From Octopus sinensis (taxonomy: Eukaryota): a DNA stretch of 64,000 nucleotides. Positions 37,886 to 50,829 of this stretch are shown one piece after another. The stretch covers positions 18,042,001 through 18,106,000 of the forward strand of contig NC_043009.1 of the NCBI RefSeq assembly GCF_006345805.1, read 5' to 3'. Positions within the stretch are counted from its first letter, which is position 1. Every line of letters begins with the position of its first letter. The notes beneath the pieces were generated by a model. That model was not told the DNA's origin. It was given only the letters and a program-made list of their open reading frames with translations, and ran no database searches. The position numbers and the translations under genes were made by a program.

Positions 37886-37976
37886 CCCTCTCTGATGACG
37901 GTTTACTCAGCTTTTGAAATTCTAGCCCAATTTCATGATCCACAAACTTGGTTGTTCTAGAAACAGCTGTAAGAGG
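37886..37976 (+). ncRNA. Hammerhead motif with decayed stem II
   Basis: CCUCU-CUGAUGA (37892-37898)...GAAAC-AGCU-GUA/AGAGG: perfect 5-bp stem I and palindromic ACAGCUGU; stem II closure not formed. Confidence 0.6.
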
Positions 37977-38061
37977 CTCTATATGTTTATGTTCTCTAAA
38001 TCTTTTTCGAGTGATGTCAAATGTTGTGCTTTTCATTTTTTATTCAAATCCCCCCTCTCTC

Positions 38062-38110
<49 letters not shown>

Positions 38111-38112
<2 letters not shown>

Positions 38113-39892
38113 CGGGAAGCTTTATGAAAATAGACAAAAGACGAAGGCGGGTGGGAAACAAACAAACAATTGTATTAGTATGGCGCTCAGGAAATATAAA
38201 TAAAACAAGTCTTTAACGTTTCGAGCCTACGCTCTTCAACAGAAAGATACACAGAGAGAAAAAAAGCACAGAAAGAAGGAGAGAAAAAAATGCGTGCAGT
38301 AACTAACGAATCAACATGGCGATCTGATTTCGGCCAGAGGTCAAAGATCAAACATGAGACGCGAGAGCGAAATAAGGGGAGATAATAGGTTGATAATAGG
38401 GTTGAATGACCAGCTCCAACATGAGGGTGTGTGTGTGTGTATGAAGAGTATTAGTGCGTATGAGAGGTCTGGACGTGTGTATGTATAGGGTTGGTGTATG
38501 TATTAGTATGTATTAGTATGTATAAGGGTGTGTGTGTGTGTGTGTGTGTGTATGAGAGAGTATTAGTGCGTATGAGAGGTCTGGACGTGTGTATGTATAG
38601 GGTTGGTGTATGTATTAGTATGTATTAGTATGTATTAGTACGTATTAGTATGTATAAGTGTGTGTGTGTGTGTATGAGAGAGTATGAGTGCGTATGAGAG
38701 GTCTGGACGTGTGTATGTATAGGGTTGGTGTATGTATTAGTATGTATTAGTATGTATTAGTATGTATTAGTTGGTGTATGTATTAGTATGGCACATCATA
38801 TATGATGTGATGTGTAAAGTCGTGTGGTGTAGTGTGGAGAGAGGAGAAGAGGGGGAGGGGAGAAGAGGGGGAGAGAGAGGAGGGGGAGAAGAAGGGGAGG
38901 AGGAGGGGGAGAAGGAAGGAGGAAAGAGGGAGAGGGGGAGAGAGAAGGGGAGTGAGGGAGCAGAGGGAAGGGGAAGAGGGAAGGAGGGAGAGAGAAAGAG
39001 GGAAGAATGGAAGGGGAGTAGGGGTGAAAGGATGAAGGACTGAAGAAGTAGGGGTCGGGGGAAAGTAGGTGAGGAGGGGGAGGGGGGTTAGATGAGGAGG
39101 GGGGGAGTTGAGACCAAATGGCATATAAGAGCGAAGAGAGAAGATTAATTCCTGTTCACGGCGCAAACGGGAATCCGGATGGCCTCTGTGTAAGGACAAA
39201 CCGAACACAGATAGGTGTTGCAAGGAGTGACCGGTGGAGCGGAAATGGCGTGAGACCGGTGTGTCGTTCGCAAGGTGGATGTCACGAAGGTGTTCCGCGA
39301 ACCGGTCAGCCAGCGGCGTCCCGTTTGTCCGATGTACAAGGAATGGCAGAGAGAGCAAGAGACGCAATAGATAATATTGCTGGAGGTGCAGGTGAAGGAG
39401 TGGATGATGGGATAGGGTCGATGATGGGTGCTAGTGAGGAGGGTGGTGTTGGCGAGGTAAGGGCAAGTGCGGCAACGTGGGCGGGAGCAGGGGAACGAGC
39501 CGGGTTGGGAGGTAGGGTCAGGGAAGGAGCTATGGACCAAAAGGTCTCGAAGGTTGTGGGCTCGTTTGAAAGAGGGGAGGGGTCGGTTAGGGAAGAGGTG
39601 TGAAGTGGACGGGTCGGACTGGAGATGACGGAAAGCTCGAAGAATGGTGCGTTGGAGAGGTAGGGTCGTGGGGTGGTAAGTGAGGGGAAAAGGGAGGCGG
39701 GAGACTACAGGGCGGGTTCGGAGAGAGAGAGCAGATACACGGTCCACGGACCGTGCTCTGGCAAGGGCGGTGTGGATAGTGGTGAGGGGGTATCCACGTA
39801 GGGTGAAGTGGTGAGCCATACGTTGAGACTGAGTCTCAAAGTCATGGTCGTCACTACAGAGCCTACGTAAACGGAGGAATTGGGAATAGGGG
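38111..39892 (-). mobile_element. 5'-truncated PLE, tandem unit 1 (GIY-YIG frameshifted; pLTR hammerhead variant at 38210-38247)
   Basis: IPYSQFLRLRRLCS...CSRPRCRTCPY...YIGQTGR, with a 1-nt deletion near 39312; flanked by (TA)n. Confidence 0.95.
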
Positions 39893-39920
39893 ATATATAT
39901 ATATATAGATATATATATAT

Positions 39921-41712
39921 AACGGGAAGCTTTATGAAAATAGACAAAAGACGAAGGCGGGTGGGAAACAAACAAACAATTGTATTAGTATGGCGCTCAG
40001 GAAATATAAATAAAACAAGTCTTTAACGTTTCGAGCCTACGCTCTTCAACAGAAAGATACACAGAGAGAAAAAAAGCACAGAAAGAAGGAGAGAAAAAAA
40101 TGCGTGCAGTAACTAACGAATCAACATGGCGATCTGATTTCGGCCAGAGGTCAAAGATCAAACATGAGACGCGAGAGCGAAATAAGGGGAGATAATAGGG
40201 TTGATAATAGGGTTGAATGACCAGCTCCAACATGAGGGTGTGTGTGTGTGTGTATGAGAGAGTATTAGTGCGTATGAGAGGTCTGGACGTGTGTATGTAT
40301 AGGGTTGGTGTATGTATTAGTATGTATTAGTATGTATAAGGGTGTGTGTGTGTGTGTGTGTGTGTATGAGAGAGTATTAGTGCGTATGAGAGGTCTGACG
40401 TGTGTATGTATAGGGTTGGTGTATGTATTAGTATGTATAGTATGTATTAGTACGTATTAGTATGTATAAGTGTGTGTGTGTGTGGTGTGTATGAGAGAGT
40501 ATGAGTGCGTATGAGAGGTCTGGACGTGTGTATGTATAGGGTTGGTGTATGTATTAGTATGTATTAGTATGTATTAGTATGTATTAGTTGGTGTATGTAT
40601 TAGTATGGCACATCATATATGATGTGATGTGTAAAGTCGTGTGGTGTAGTGTGGAGAGAGGAGAAGAGGGGGAGGGGAGAAGAGGGGGAGAGAGAGGAGG
40701 GGGAGAAGGAAGGGGAGGAGGAGGGGGAGAAGGAAGGAGGAAAGAGGGAGAGGGGGAGAGAGAAGGGGAGTGAGGGAGCAGAGGGAAGGGGAAGAGGGAA
40801 GGAGGGAGAGAGAAAGAGGGAAGAATGGAAGGGGAGTAGGGGTGAAAGGATGAAGGACTGAAGAAGTAGGGGTCGGGGGAAAGTAGGTTGAGGAGGGGGA
40901 GGGGGGTTAGATGAGGAGGGGGGGAGTTGAGACCAAATGGCATATAAGAGCGAAGAGAGAAGATTAATTCCTGTTCACGGCGCAAACGGGAATCCGGATG
41001 GCCTCTGTGTAAGGACAAACCGAACACAGATAGGTGTTGCAAGGAGTGACCGGTGGAGCGGAAATGGCGTGAGACCGGTGTGTCGTTCGCAAGGTGGATG
41101 TCACGAAGGTGTTCCGCGAACCGGTCAGCCAAGCGGCGTCCCGTTTGTCCGATGTACAAGGAATGGCAGAGAGAGCAAGAGACGCAATAGATAATATTGC
41201 TGGAGGTGCAGGTGAAGGAGTGGATGATGGGATAGGGTCGATGATGGGTGCTAGTGAGGAGGGTGGTGTTGGCGAGGTAAGGGCAAGTGCGGCAACGTGG
41301 GCGGGAGCAGGGGAACGAGCCGGGTTGGGAGGTAGGGTCAGGGAAGGAGCTATGGACCAAAAGGTCTCGAAGGTTGTGGGCTCGTTTGAAAGAGGGGAGG
41401 GGTCGGTTAGGGAAGAGGTGTGAAGTGGACGGGTCGGACTGGAGATGACGGAAAGCTCGAAGAATGGTGCGTTGGAGAGGTAGGGTCGTGGGGTGGTAAG
41501 TGAGGGGAAAAGGGAGGCGGGAGACTACAGGGCGGGTTCGGAGAGAGAGAGCAGATACACGGTCCACGGACCGTGCTCTGGCAAGGGCGGTGTGGATAGT
41601 GGTGAGGGGGTATCCACGTAGGGTGAAGTGGTGAGCCATACGTTGAGACTGAGTCTCAAAGTCATGGTCGTCACTACAGAGCCTACGTAAACGGAGGAAT
41701 TGGGAATAGGGG
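39921..41712 (-). mobile_element. 5'-truncated PLE, tandem unit 2 (pLTR hammerhead variant at 40020-40057)
   Basis: Near-identical to unit 1 at a 1810-bp offset (aacgggaagc at 38111 and 39921); same 5' truncation point. Confidence 0.95.
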
Positions 41713-41747
41713 ATATATATATATATATTAGGTATACATACAAACAT
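40584..41747 (-). CDS. Uninterrupted PLE ORF C-terminus (post-RT region, Cys linker, GIY-YIG endonuclease); RT core absent, ATG supplied by flanking DNA
   Basis: IIYCVSCSLCHSLYIGQTGRRLADRFAEHLRDI...HF...LRREQELIFSLRSYMPFGLN, then reads into a C/T-rich low-complexity tail; ATG at 41747-41745. Confidence 0.6.
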   Translation of the reverse strand: MFVCIPNIYIYIPYSQFLRLRRLCSDDHDFETQSQRMAHHFTLRGYPLTTIHTALARARSVDRVSALSLRTRPVVSRLPFPLTYHPTTLPLQRTILRAFRHLQSDPSTSHLFPNRPLPSFKRAHNLRDLLVHSSFPDPTSQPGSFPCSRPRCRTCPYLANTTLLTSTHHRPYPIIHSFTCTSSNIIYCVSCSLCHSLYIGQTGRRLADRFAEHLRDIHLANDTPVSRHFRSTGHSLQHLSVFGLSLHRGHPDSRLRREQELIFSLRSYMPFGLNSPPPHLTPLPLLNLLSPDPYFFSPSSFHPYSPSILPSFSLPPSLFPFPLLPHSPSLSPSPSFLLPSPPPPPLPSPPPLSPPLLPSPSSPLSTLHHTTLHITSYMMCHTNTYTN

Positions 41748-43253
41748 AGATACGTGCGTACATATATACGTACATAAATGATGATGATAGTTACTCGTAG
41801 TCACCGAAAGACAGTTGTGCAATTTTTTGTAGAACAACACAAATGATTTGTTTATGAGGTCAAATATTTGTGCTGTACACAAGCTCATGCCTTCCTTCAA
41901 ATCAATGTTACCTGAACAGGTGCACAGAGTACAACACGTCAGGTGTCAAAGTGATCGCAGGGCAACGTCAGATGAAGTATTTTGCTGAAGAACACAACGC
42001 ACCACCCGGTCCAGGAACTGAAATCGCGATCACGAGTGCAACACCCTAACCATAGCACCACATACATATACACAGACATCTATACACACATACGTAAACA
42101 CACATAAGTCTAATGCAACGACTCAAATAGTCCATCCATAAGTGCACCAGTTCAATGAACATTTCTCCGATAACATCGGACTACAATATATATAATGAAT
42201 AGAATAAAAGTTGACCATTTTTTTTATCGTATATCTATTTTGTAAATAAATAATACAATATTACTTAAGCTGATAAGTTGTTTACTGCGGTGCATAGGGT
42301 GAAATTACTGAAATTATCCTATTGTTTCTTTCTGCTTTTGAAAACTCGCTGCGTACCGGAGGCTGATGGCAGGCGGACCGGCAACAGTCCGCGGACTACC
42401 ACTTTGAGTAGCACTGTGTTAAGATATATATATATATGTATGTATATATATGTATATATATCTTTTATTTGTTCCTGTCATTGAACTGCGTCTATGTTGG
42501 AGCACTGTCCTGAAGGGTTTAGTTGAACAAATCTATCCCAGTCCTTGGGACGAGTATACGCTGGAACATTGTCAGATAGAAGTCACGGGATGGAAATTAT
42601 GAAACAAGCCGAGGCTGGATTATCAGCGATTGATAACTCAAAGTTATCAAGTGAGAGGTAGGCCCCGAAACGGCGCGCATCTCTCCTGATGACCCCATAC
42701 ACTTACTGGCTTCCGGTATGCGGAGTTCTCGACTGGTAGCACAGCATGTGCAAGTTGTATGCAAGACATTTAAAGCTTGGTGGTTATTCTATTGGTCTCT
42801 TTTGCCGAACCGTGAAGTTACGGATATTTTCGAATGTATTAAAAACTCCTGAAATATAGCAATAATTTATAGTAGTTACATTTGGCAGAGACTGTGTATT
42901 CAATCACGAACAGTTGTAGTGGTGTATTGTACAGCACAGTGTTATTGTGGTATCGAGTGTAGGAGAGTGCTGTAGCGTTATACAGACATAACAAATATTA
43001 CAAATGTATACCTACACATACAAGCACAAACATATATATGCATGCGCGCGCGTGTGTTTGTGTGTGTGTGAGTGTGCGAGAGAGATAGAGATAGATAGAT
43101 AGAGAGACAGAGAGACAACGAGAGGGAGAGAGAGAGAGACACAGCATGTCGCGCAATTAGACTCGTCAATTAGGGAAAAGATACGATCGAGATAAGATAC
43201 ATCCTTTGAGGAAATCCTGATTCCGTCACACACAGACACAGAGACGCACGCAT

Positions 43254-43289
<36 letters not shown>

Positions 43290-43489
43290 CACAAACAACA
43301 CACAGATATCCTTCCCCACACACACACACAGTCTGAAGCTAAACGTTCACGCAGTCTCCTAGTTCTCTATACTACACAGATATCTTTCCTGATTCGTGGA
43401 AACCTGCCAGCGCTTCCCCCTCTACTCTTCCTCTAGCCACCTCTACTTACAAAAAAAAAAAAAAACTAAAAGAAAGTGAAACGTAATAA

Positions 43490-43770
43490 AACATAGATTA
43501 CCGCGCTATCTCGTTTCTCTCCAGCGTTTCCGATGTTAAAGAGAAGATAAACAAAAACCGCTTATCTCACCTGGAACGAAGTTCGTTTCTCGATGGCCAG
43601 CAGTATGGTTTTCGTTCTGACAAGTTCAGTACTGACCTACTATCATGTATCACCTACAAATGGTCCATATCTATGGAACATCACGCTGAAACCAGACCAG
43701 TTTTTATTTGATATTTGCACGGCTTTTGATAAAACATGGTACTGGCGTCTCTTCGATAACTGGAAGTCAT
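43490..43770 (+). mobile_element. Degenerate Jockey/CR1-type RT fragment
   Basis: YRAISFLSSVS...QQYGFRSDKFSTDLL...FDICTAFDKTW. Confidence 0.75.
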
Positions 43771-44759
43771 ACATAAAATACATGATATAACTATTCTCAA
43801 GCAAACCAGCCGTAGTTCATGAAACATCCTTTATTTCCTGGTCGACATCTTGTCAAATCATTTGAGTGTAGTATCCACAGACTGTCTCATCCAAAATTTA
43901 GATTTATGTTGTAGAAACAACCTCCCCACAGATCCATCTTCAAAAAGTACTTCTCTATCCTTTGTAATTTCAATAAATTCGTGTAATATTTGTTCCTTAT
44001 GAAGGAGGGCGAGGGCACATTCGAAGATGTAGAAGCAATTTATGCCCACTTAAACGTGGGACAAACTATACTACGATAGATACCAGGAGAGAAACTCACA
44101 AATTGGATTTTGGTGCAAAATGCAATCTTGTTTATATCGCAAGCGAGGAGATGAATCCCCTCACGTGATTTCGACCTTCCTTGGTCACATCATTGATGGA
44201 CGCTCGCCTGTTAGAGACAGCAGTGACTCATCTCTCCGCCAACGAAATGTAGAAAAACAGTGCCAGAAGAGGCGCTGGTGTCGCGATTTGCCAGTGAGCT
44301 TGTTAAAAACTATATATTGACGACAGAGGCAGTATTAATACCGAAAGATAATATTTATGGCCCTCTTAAACGTAGATGTACTGTCGGAGCAAAGTAGAAT
44401 ATCTTAAACGTATTTAGTTGTGACTTCCAACTTTCTGAATTTAAATCTTTTACTGAGGGGCAGAATTAATCTTTTATCCTCAGATGAAGATAAAATAAGT
44501 ATCAGTAATACACTGGGGTCAATTGGTTTTGTAACGAAGAAATAAATAAATATTCTGAATGTGTTAGCTGCCTGTTGGAAACTATGAAAACTCTTGGAAA
44601 TATGAATATAGCAATTTCTTTTTTTGCCCTTTCTACTTCATTAGAAAAATTCAAAAAACAATATAAATTCTACATTTTCACTTGATTGATTTTTTTTTAC
44701 AATTATAATTATTCGAATCGTCTATACCTAAAGAATAAAGAATAAGGAAAGAGAAATTT

Positions 44760-44970
44760 GGTTTCAAATTTTGGCACAAGGCCAGCAATTTCAGGGGAGG
44801 GGATAGTCGATTACATCGACTCCAGTGCTCAACTGGTACTTATTTTATCGACCCCGCAAGATGAAAGGCAAGGTCGACTGCGGCGGTATTTGAATTCAGA
44901 ACTTAAAGCCGGAAGAAATGTCGCTAAACATTTTGTCCAGCGTGCTAACGATTCTGCCAGCTCGCCGCCT
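44760..44970 (-). mobile_element. SINE family B
   Basis: Reverse complement aaggcggcgagctggcagaatcgttagcacg...ttctgagttcaaa...gtcgac...gggtcgataaa. Confidence 0.88.
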
Positions 44971-46209
44971 TCAGGAAAGAGGAATATTAAACACTGCTTC
45001 TGACCAAAATGTCAAGTAAGAAGAATGTTTTTAAACTGGTTTCCAAATTTTGTTTAACGTCACAAGACGAAATCGGAGTGTTTTATCTTACTTCTGGAAA
45101 GTTGTAGTCCATCTTAACGGAGGTCTATTTTAGCTATCTACATTGACATTATCACCTTTCTCATTATACACTATACTTTGTTTACCGTAGCTGTCCTAGT
45201 TTGGAGTTGGTGAAAGGTAGATAAGAATAGTTGAGGTTACAAGTGAGTTGTTGTGCCTTGACTCAGCTAAAATTGTTAAATAACAATAGCTCCACCGTAA
45301 AGGAATAAAAATTCCTATCTTTAATCGTCATTAACCAGTGACACTTTTACTATAGAAAGAATTATCTCTGTCCTGACCAGTTTGTTACTGCAGAATTCCA
45401 AACTTTGTAACTTACACCCGAGTCATGTCTCAGTTGTAGTGGTTAGTATGAATACAGAATGACTCTTCCATTAATCCTGACATAAACTAATATCTTAATC
45501 TGTTAATACTCGTTCATTGTAATCCAGTACACCTCCATTAGCATTGCAGCCGTGGAGGGAGATCTATAATCATTAACTTTATACGGTCAATGTACGTTTA
45601 AATCAGCTAAGCTGAAAACCTTGACACAATTCCAACGTAGCTGTATGGGCATATCATACAGATCACATACTAATGCGTTGGTTGAAGAACAAAACTGTTT
45701 TAAGGGTTCGTATTTAAATAGAAGGTATGTAAGCAGTATTACACACATTTTTGTGTAGAGAAGTTTTTTTTAGACCTCATGATAAACTGACCTTTAGCAA
45801 CGTTGGCTTCATAATCAAATTCTCAAGATATGGCCTAAATAACTTAACACAGGTTGTTACTTTCTGCTCTGAATCTTAGCTGGGATTAAACTGATTTTTT
45901 TTCTTACTATGATGAGCAAACCATGGATTAATTTTCATCGGGCCAAATTCTGTAACAATTAAATGATGAAATCATTCTTTTTATTTCTTAAGTATGCTGC
46001 AGTTAGGGCTTTCAGTGTGTAGGCCCATCATTTTGATTACAGACTACACAGATATTTTCCTGTAATAAATTGGACTGAATATTATTTTTGGTTGACATAA
46101 ATATCCACTTGATAAATATTTGAAAAAAAGTAACTCGTTTGAAATATTTTTGATATGTTGAGGAAATTGATTAGAAGCTAATCATTGTTTAGATGGTATA
46201 AAATAAATC

Positions 46210-46320
46210 CTTTCTAGTATAGCACAAGGCCTGAAATTTGGGAGTTGAGGAGCTAATCAATTACAACAACCTCAGCAGAATTTGAACTCAGAACGTGAAG
46301 GCAGACTAAATGCCGCTTAA
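46210..46320 (-). mobile_element. SINE family B, internally deleted
   Basis: gcacaaggcctgaaattt...gaatttgaactcagaacg...aaatgccgcttaag. Confidence 0.65.
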
Positions 46321-47016
46321 GTACATGATATAAGAAATATAACGCAACGGCCGCGCTTGTAATTCAAACAGATAAGCGTCCTGTGCGATATTTCAACGTT
46401 GAGGAAATTACTGCACAAGTAATCGCTGAGAGTTATTGACACAGTTAGATCTGGGTCAAACCTCGTGGACTTTGAGACACATCTTTTCAGCTTCACTTCT
46501 GCCATTCATAGAGTAATATGTTTACAAAACATAGAATGATAAGCAGAAGACATTTTCAACGAGTACCACTCACCTTTGTTCTCTGGGGCTGCAATAAGTT
46601 TTCATTGAATAGTTGGTGTTTATCACATATAACAACTAGGATACCATATCTCTAAATTTAAACATAAAATTAGCAATAGCAGTATTTCCCACCAAGCCTA
46701 CTTTATCAATTAATGGAAACACAAAGATCTTGCAATGAGGACACGTCAAGCAAGTCTCTCACTAAATAGCGCTGAAATATAAGCGTTATACACCTACCAG
46801 GAAAACATACCAGCACTTTCCCACTCTATATGGCCAACACACTATGGAATCAGTTACACTTCTTATAAATACTTGTCTCAAACTCTCTGGAAGCCTTTCA
46901 TGATAACCACATATTCTTCTCATTACCCAAACTGCTTCATAGAGACATATTCACTTTTTCGTTGAGAGAAACATTTTCAACTGGAAATAGATGGCAACCT
47001 CTCTCCCATCCTCTCT

Positions 47017-47160
<144 letters not shown>

Positions 47161-47239
47161 CAGTTATATATGTATGTATGTATATATTTTATTATGTAAC
47201 GCACGTACTCATTAATTTTTTACCAATATATATATATAT

Positions 47240-47761
47240 TTCATTTGGAGATTTGGTTTGCAAGATTCTTTATGTAAATTTGTGTGTTAAAGCATATTTT
47301 CTTGTGTCTGGGGAGAGTCATTCGCTTTTAGTGCCTTATTATTTAACACACGCACCGGTAAAGTTTCCACTCATTTACTTTCGTTGCGTCTTGCAAACCT
47401 TTTCAACAGTCGTTGACTCTGTCCGTTATCCGAGCGGCGTTATTTTCGTTTGTTCGTGCGCATGTGTGACGGTCAGTGTGTGTGTGCATACACATGTATG
47501 TATGTATGTATGTATGTATGTATGTATGTATGTATGTATGTATGTATGTATGTATGTATGTATGTATGCATGCATGTAAGTGTATGTACGCATGTATGTG
47601 TGTGTGCGTATGAAGATATGTATGTATATATGTACACTTGTATGCATGTATTCTGCATATTCATGTGTTTGTGTTTGATTGTGTTTGTGTGTTCGTGTTT
47701 GTGTCTGTGTGCATGTGTACGTGTATGTGCATGTGTACGTGTATGTGCGTGTGTGTGTGTG

Positions 47762-47808
<47 letters not shown>

Positions 47809-48790
47809 CTCCGTATGACATGTATAGGGGAGACATCTAGGAGCATTGCGGAAAGATTAAATGAACATTAGAGACACTATGAAGACAAAAGACAGTCTTC
47901 CATACCCTACCAACATGCCAAGGACCAACTTGGACGCAACCTAGATCAACTTGACACCCGTATTTTGTCTAAGCACCCAACGGACACAACCCTCAGACAA
48001 ATAGAGGAGTACATCCTCATAAATGAAACATCTGTGCCAAATAGGAAATATACGTAGGAGGTAATCACAGCCCCATACCCAGACTTTGTATTTCTATATA
48101 GTTAGAATAGTTAGTGGGCTGTTATGTAGATGTATGTATGTGTGTGTGTGTGTATACGTATATGTATATGCACATGTATGTTGGCAAAGGGATATGAATG
48201 TATACTGATAGACATACAGACGGATAGATACATAGGTAATATGAACAGACAAGCACATGTACATATACATACGCAAATGAACACTTAAAACACATGACCA
48301 TGCACACACACACACACTTCACATATAGACTCGTATCCATACATACAGACATAGTAAATTGTCACAAAACCCCATACACACACATGCACACACAAGTAGA
48401 CAGAGGTACACACACAGACATACACACATAAAAAACACACAAACACATGAATATGCAGAATACATACATACAAGCGTACACATTCATTCATATATACATA
48501 CGCACACATACACATACATACATACATACATACATACATACATACATACATACATACATACATACATACATACATACATACATACGTACATATATGTGTA
48601 TGCGCACACACACTGACCCTCACACATGCGCACAAACAAGCAAAACGAACGCAGCTCGGATAACGGACAGAGTCAACCACTAATGAATAGGTTGCAACGA
48701 AAATTTTAGTAACAAATAAACGAGTGGAAACTTTACCGGTGAGTGTGTCCAATAAAAAGGCACTGAAAGAGAATGGCTCTCCCCAGACAC
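47240..48790 (+). mobile_element. PLE remnant: GIY-YIG C-terminus (47805-48060) between inverted terminal repeats (about 47295-47800 and 48360-48790)
   Basis: CIGETSRSIAERLNEH*...TTLRQIEEYILINE; the arms share tctggggagag...caccggtaaagtttccactc...gactctgtccgttatccgagc and (TATG)n in opposite orientations. Confidence 0.82.
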
Positions 48791-49116
48791 AGTCATTTGA
48801 CTGCTGCCATGCTGGGGCAATTACCTAAGTCGAACGAATCAACTGCAGTACTTTTTTTTTTTAATACCTAGTACCTAGTCTATCGGATCTCTTTTGCTAA
48901 CCCGTAAACATTACAAAAATTGGTTGTCAAGCAGTAGTGGGGGCAAACACAGACACATACGCCTGGCCTCTTTTAGTTTCTCTCTACCAAATCCACTCAC
49001 AAGACTTTGGTCGGTCCGAGGATATAATAGGAGACATTTTCCTAATGTGCCACACAGTGGAACTCGACGAGGAACCATGTGGTTAGGAAGGAAACTTCTT
49101 ACCACACGACCATCCT
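48790..49116 (-). mobile_element. SINE family A, degenerate, near full length
   Basis: cagtcatttgactgctgccatgctgg...ccaaatccactcacaagac...ttaccacac. Confidence 0.82.
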
Positions 49117-49451
49117 CCCAACTTCCTAAACGAACTCGATTCGTCTGCGATTTCACAAACCCAAATCAACTCCACCTCCAAGCCTCGTTTTCTCTTACCT
49201 TATTGTCACTAGACTAAAATCTCTTTGTTCAGTGATATTCCGTTAGTACTACATTCCACTAAAATACTTTCCAACCAACAGCCACCGATATGTGAGAAAA
49301 AAACAAAGAACTTTATACGAGAAAACCATCGACATTGAGAGTCAATGGAAGATAAATGGTTATACAATTTTTTCATTGCAGATAATGTCACACATCACGC
49401 GGCCCGATGCAAATATCAGTACAGCGTGTTATGGTACGACATCATTGAATG

Positions 49452-49483
<32 letters not shown>

Positions 49484-49733
49484 TGTATGTATGTATGTAT
49501 GTATGTATGTATGTATGTATGTATGTATGTATGTATGAATGTATGTTTGTATGATATACGCATGTATGTATGTATGTTTGCATGCATGTATGTATATATG
49601 TATGTGTGTTTATGTAAAAATATTGATATTAGAAGACATGCAAGCATATTTGTATTAGTTATATACCAACATATATGTATATATATAAAGACAATGGCAA
49701 ATGTACAAATATATACATCCACACACAGATTTG

Positions 49734-49818
<85 letters not shown>

Positions 49819-49819
49819 C

Positions 49820-49865
<46 letters not shown>

Positions 49866-50273
49866 GCATACATACACATACTAATATATGTATACACAAA
49901 CACACACATATTTGTGTGTATTGATTTATTCATTTCCCTTTCAGACTTCGGGTTTCTGAGTAGAAGGCCATCAACCTATCACAACATCTGCCATAAGAAA
50001 TGTTATGATGGACGCCATCTTCAAAATCTGTCATATGCTCTTACCACTGTCACACCAGTGTACAGAGTACTGGGATCATAGATAGTCTGAATGGTCTACT
50101 TAGATGCGAGACATAGTGGCATAGTCACACAGCCGTAAATGCACATACAAGTATATATGCACACTTGTGCGCGGGTGCGAAAGCACAAATATGTGTATCA
50201 CACATTTTTCTATACATACATATGTACTTGTATATACACATTATGTGTGTGTGTGTCTCCCTCCCCCTCTCTC

Positions 50274-50326
<53 letters not shown>

Positions 50327-50829
50327 AGGGGAGGGAGAGAGAGAGACAGAGACAGGGAGAGAGAGATAGACAGAGACAGGGAGAGAGAGACAGGGGGAGA
50401 GAGAGACAGGGAGAGAGAGACAGAGAGACAGGGAGAAAGAGAGGGAGAGGGAAGACAAACAGACAGAAAAGCAGATATAGATACAGATATATCAACAACA
50501 TTAAAATTATCTCCGCTTCTGAAGGATGTGTCATAATTACGAAATGGCAATGAAGACCAGCCCCATATGAGAAGGGGAGATAATCTCAAGAATCGAGAAT
50601 TCTCCGAAGTTGAGATACCATTAAAGAAAAGGACAGGTTTATTGTGTGGAGGACAGTCATGGATACGCGTTTCCCTTTGTATAGGCGCCATCAGCATGGC
50701 GATTGTCCAACTTGATCCCTAGTAGCCATTTATGGCCTGGTCACTTTTCATTATTTGTTTTAGCTTATGTTTGATTAAATTGTGCAAATTAGCCAGATCA
50801 GAAATGCTTGGCTCCTACTGCGAAGTAAG

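Noticed and set aside
40584-40890. Proline-rich host protein or formin-like tail
   Set aside because: It is read-through of the PLE ORF into a C/T-rich simple repeat that is duplicated with the element.
42655-42700. Type II hammerhead (GAAA at about 42669 before CUGAUGA at about 42689)
   Set aside because: Stem II strands (ggcccc / ccccau) are not complementary and no stem III or NUH can be formed; the region looks more like a decayed RTE endonuclease fragment.
43858-44049. TBC-domain-like ORF (IFECALALLHKEQILHEFIEI)
   Set aside because: Short, superficial similarity; neighbouring frames are full of stops and no consistent splice sites join it to anything.
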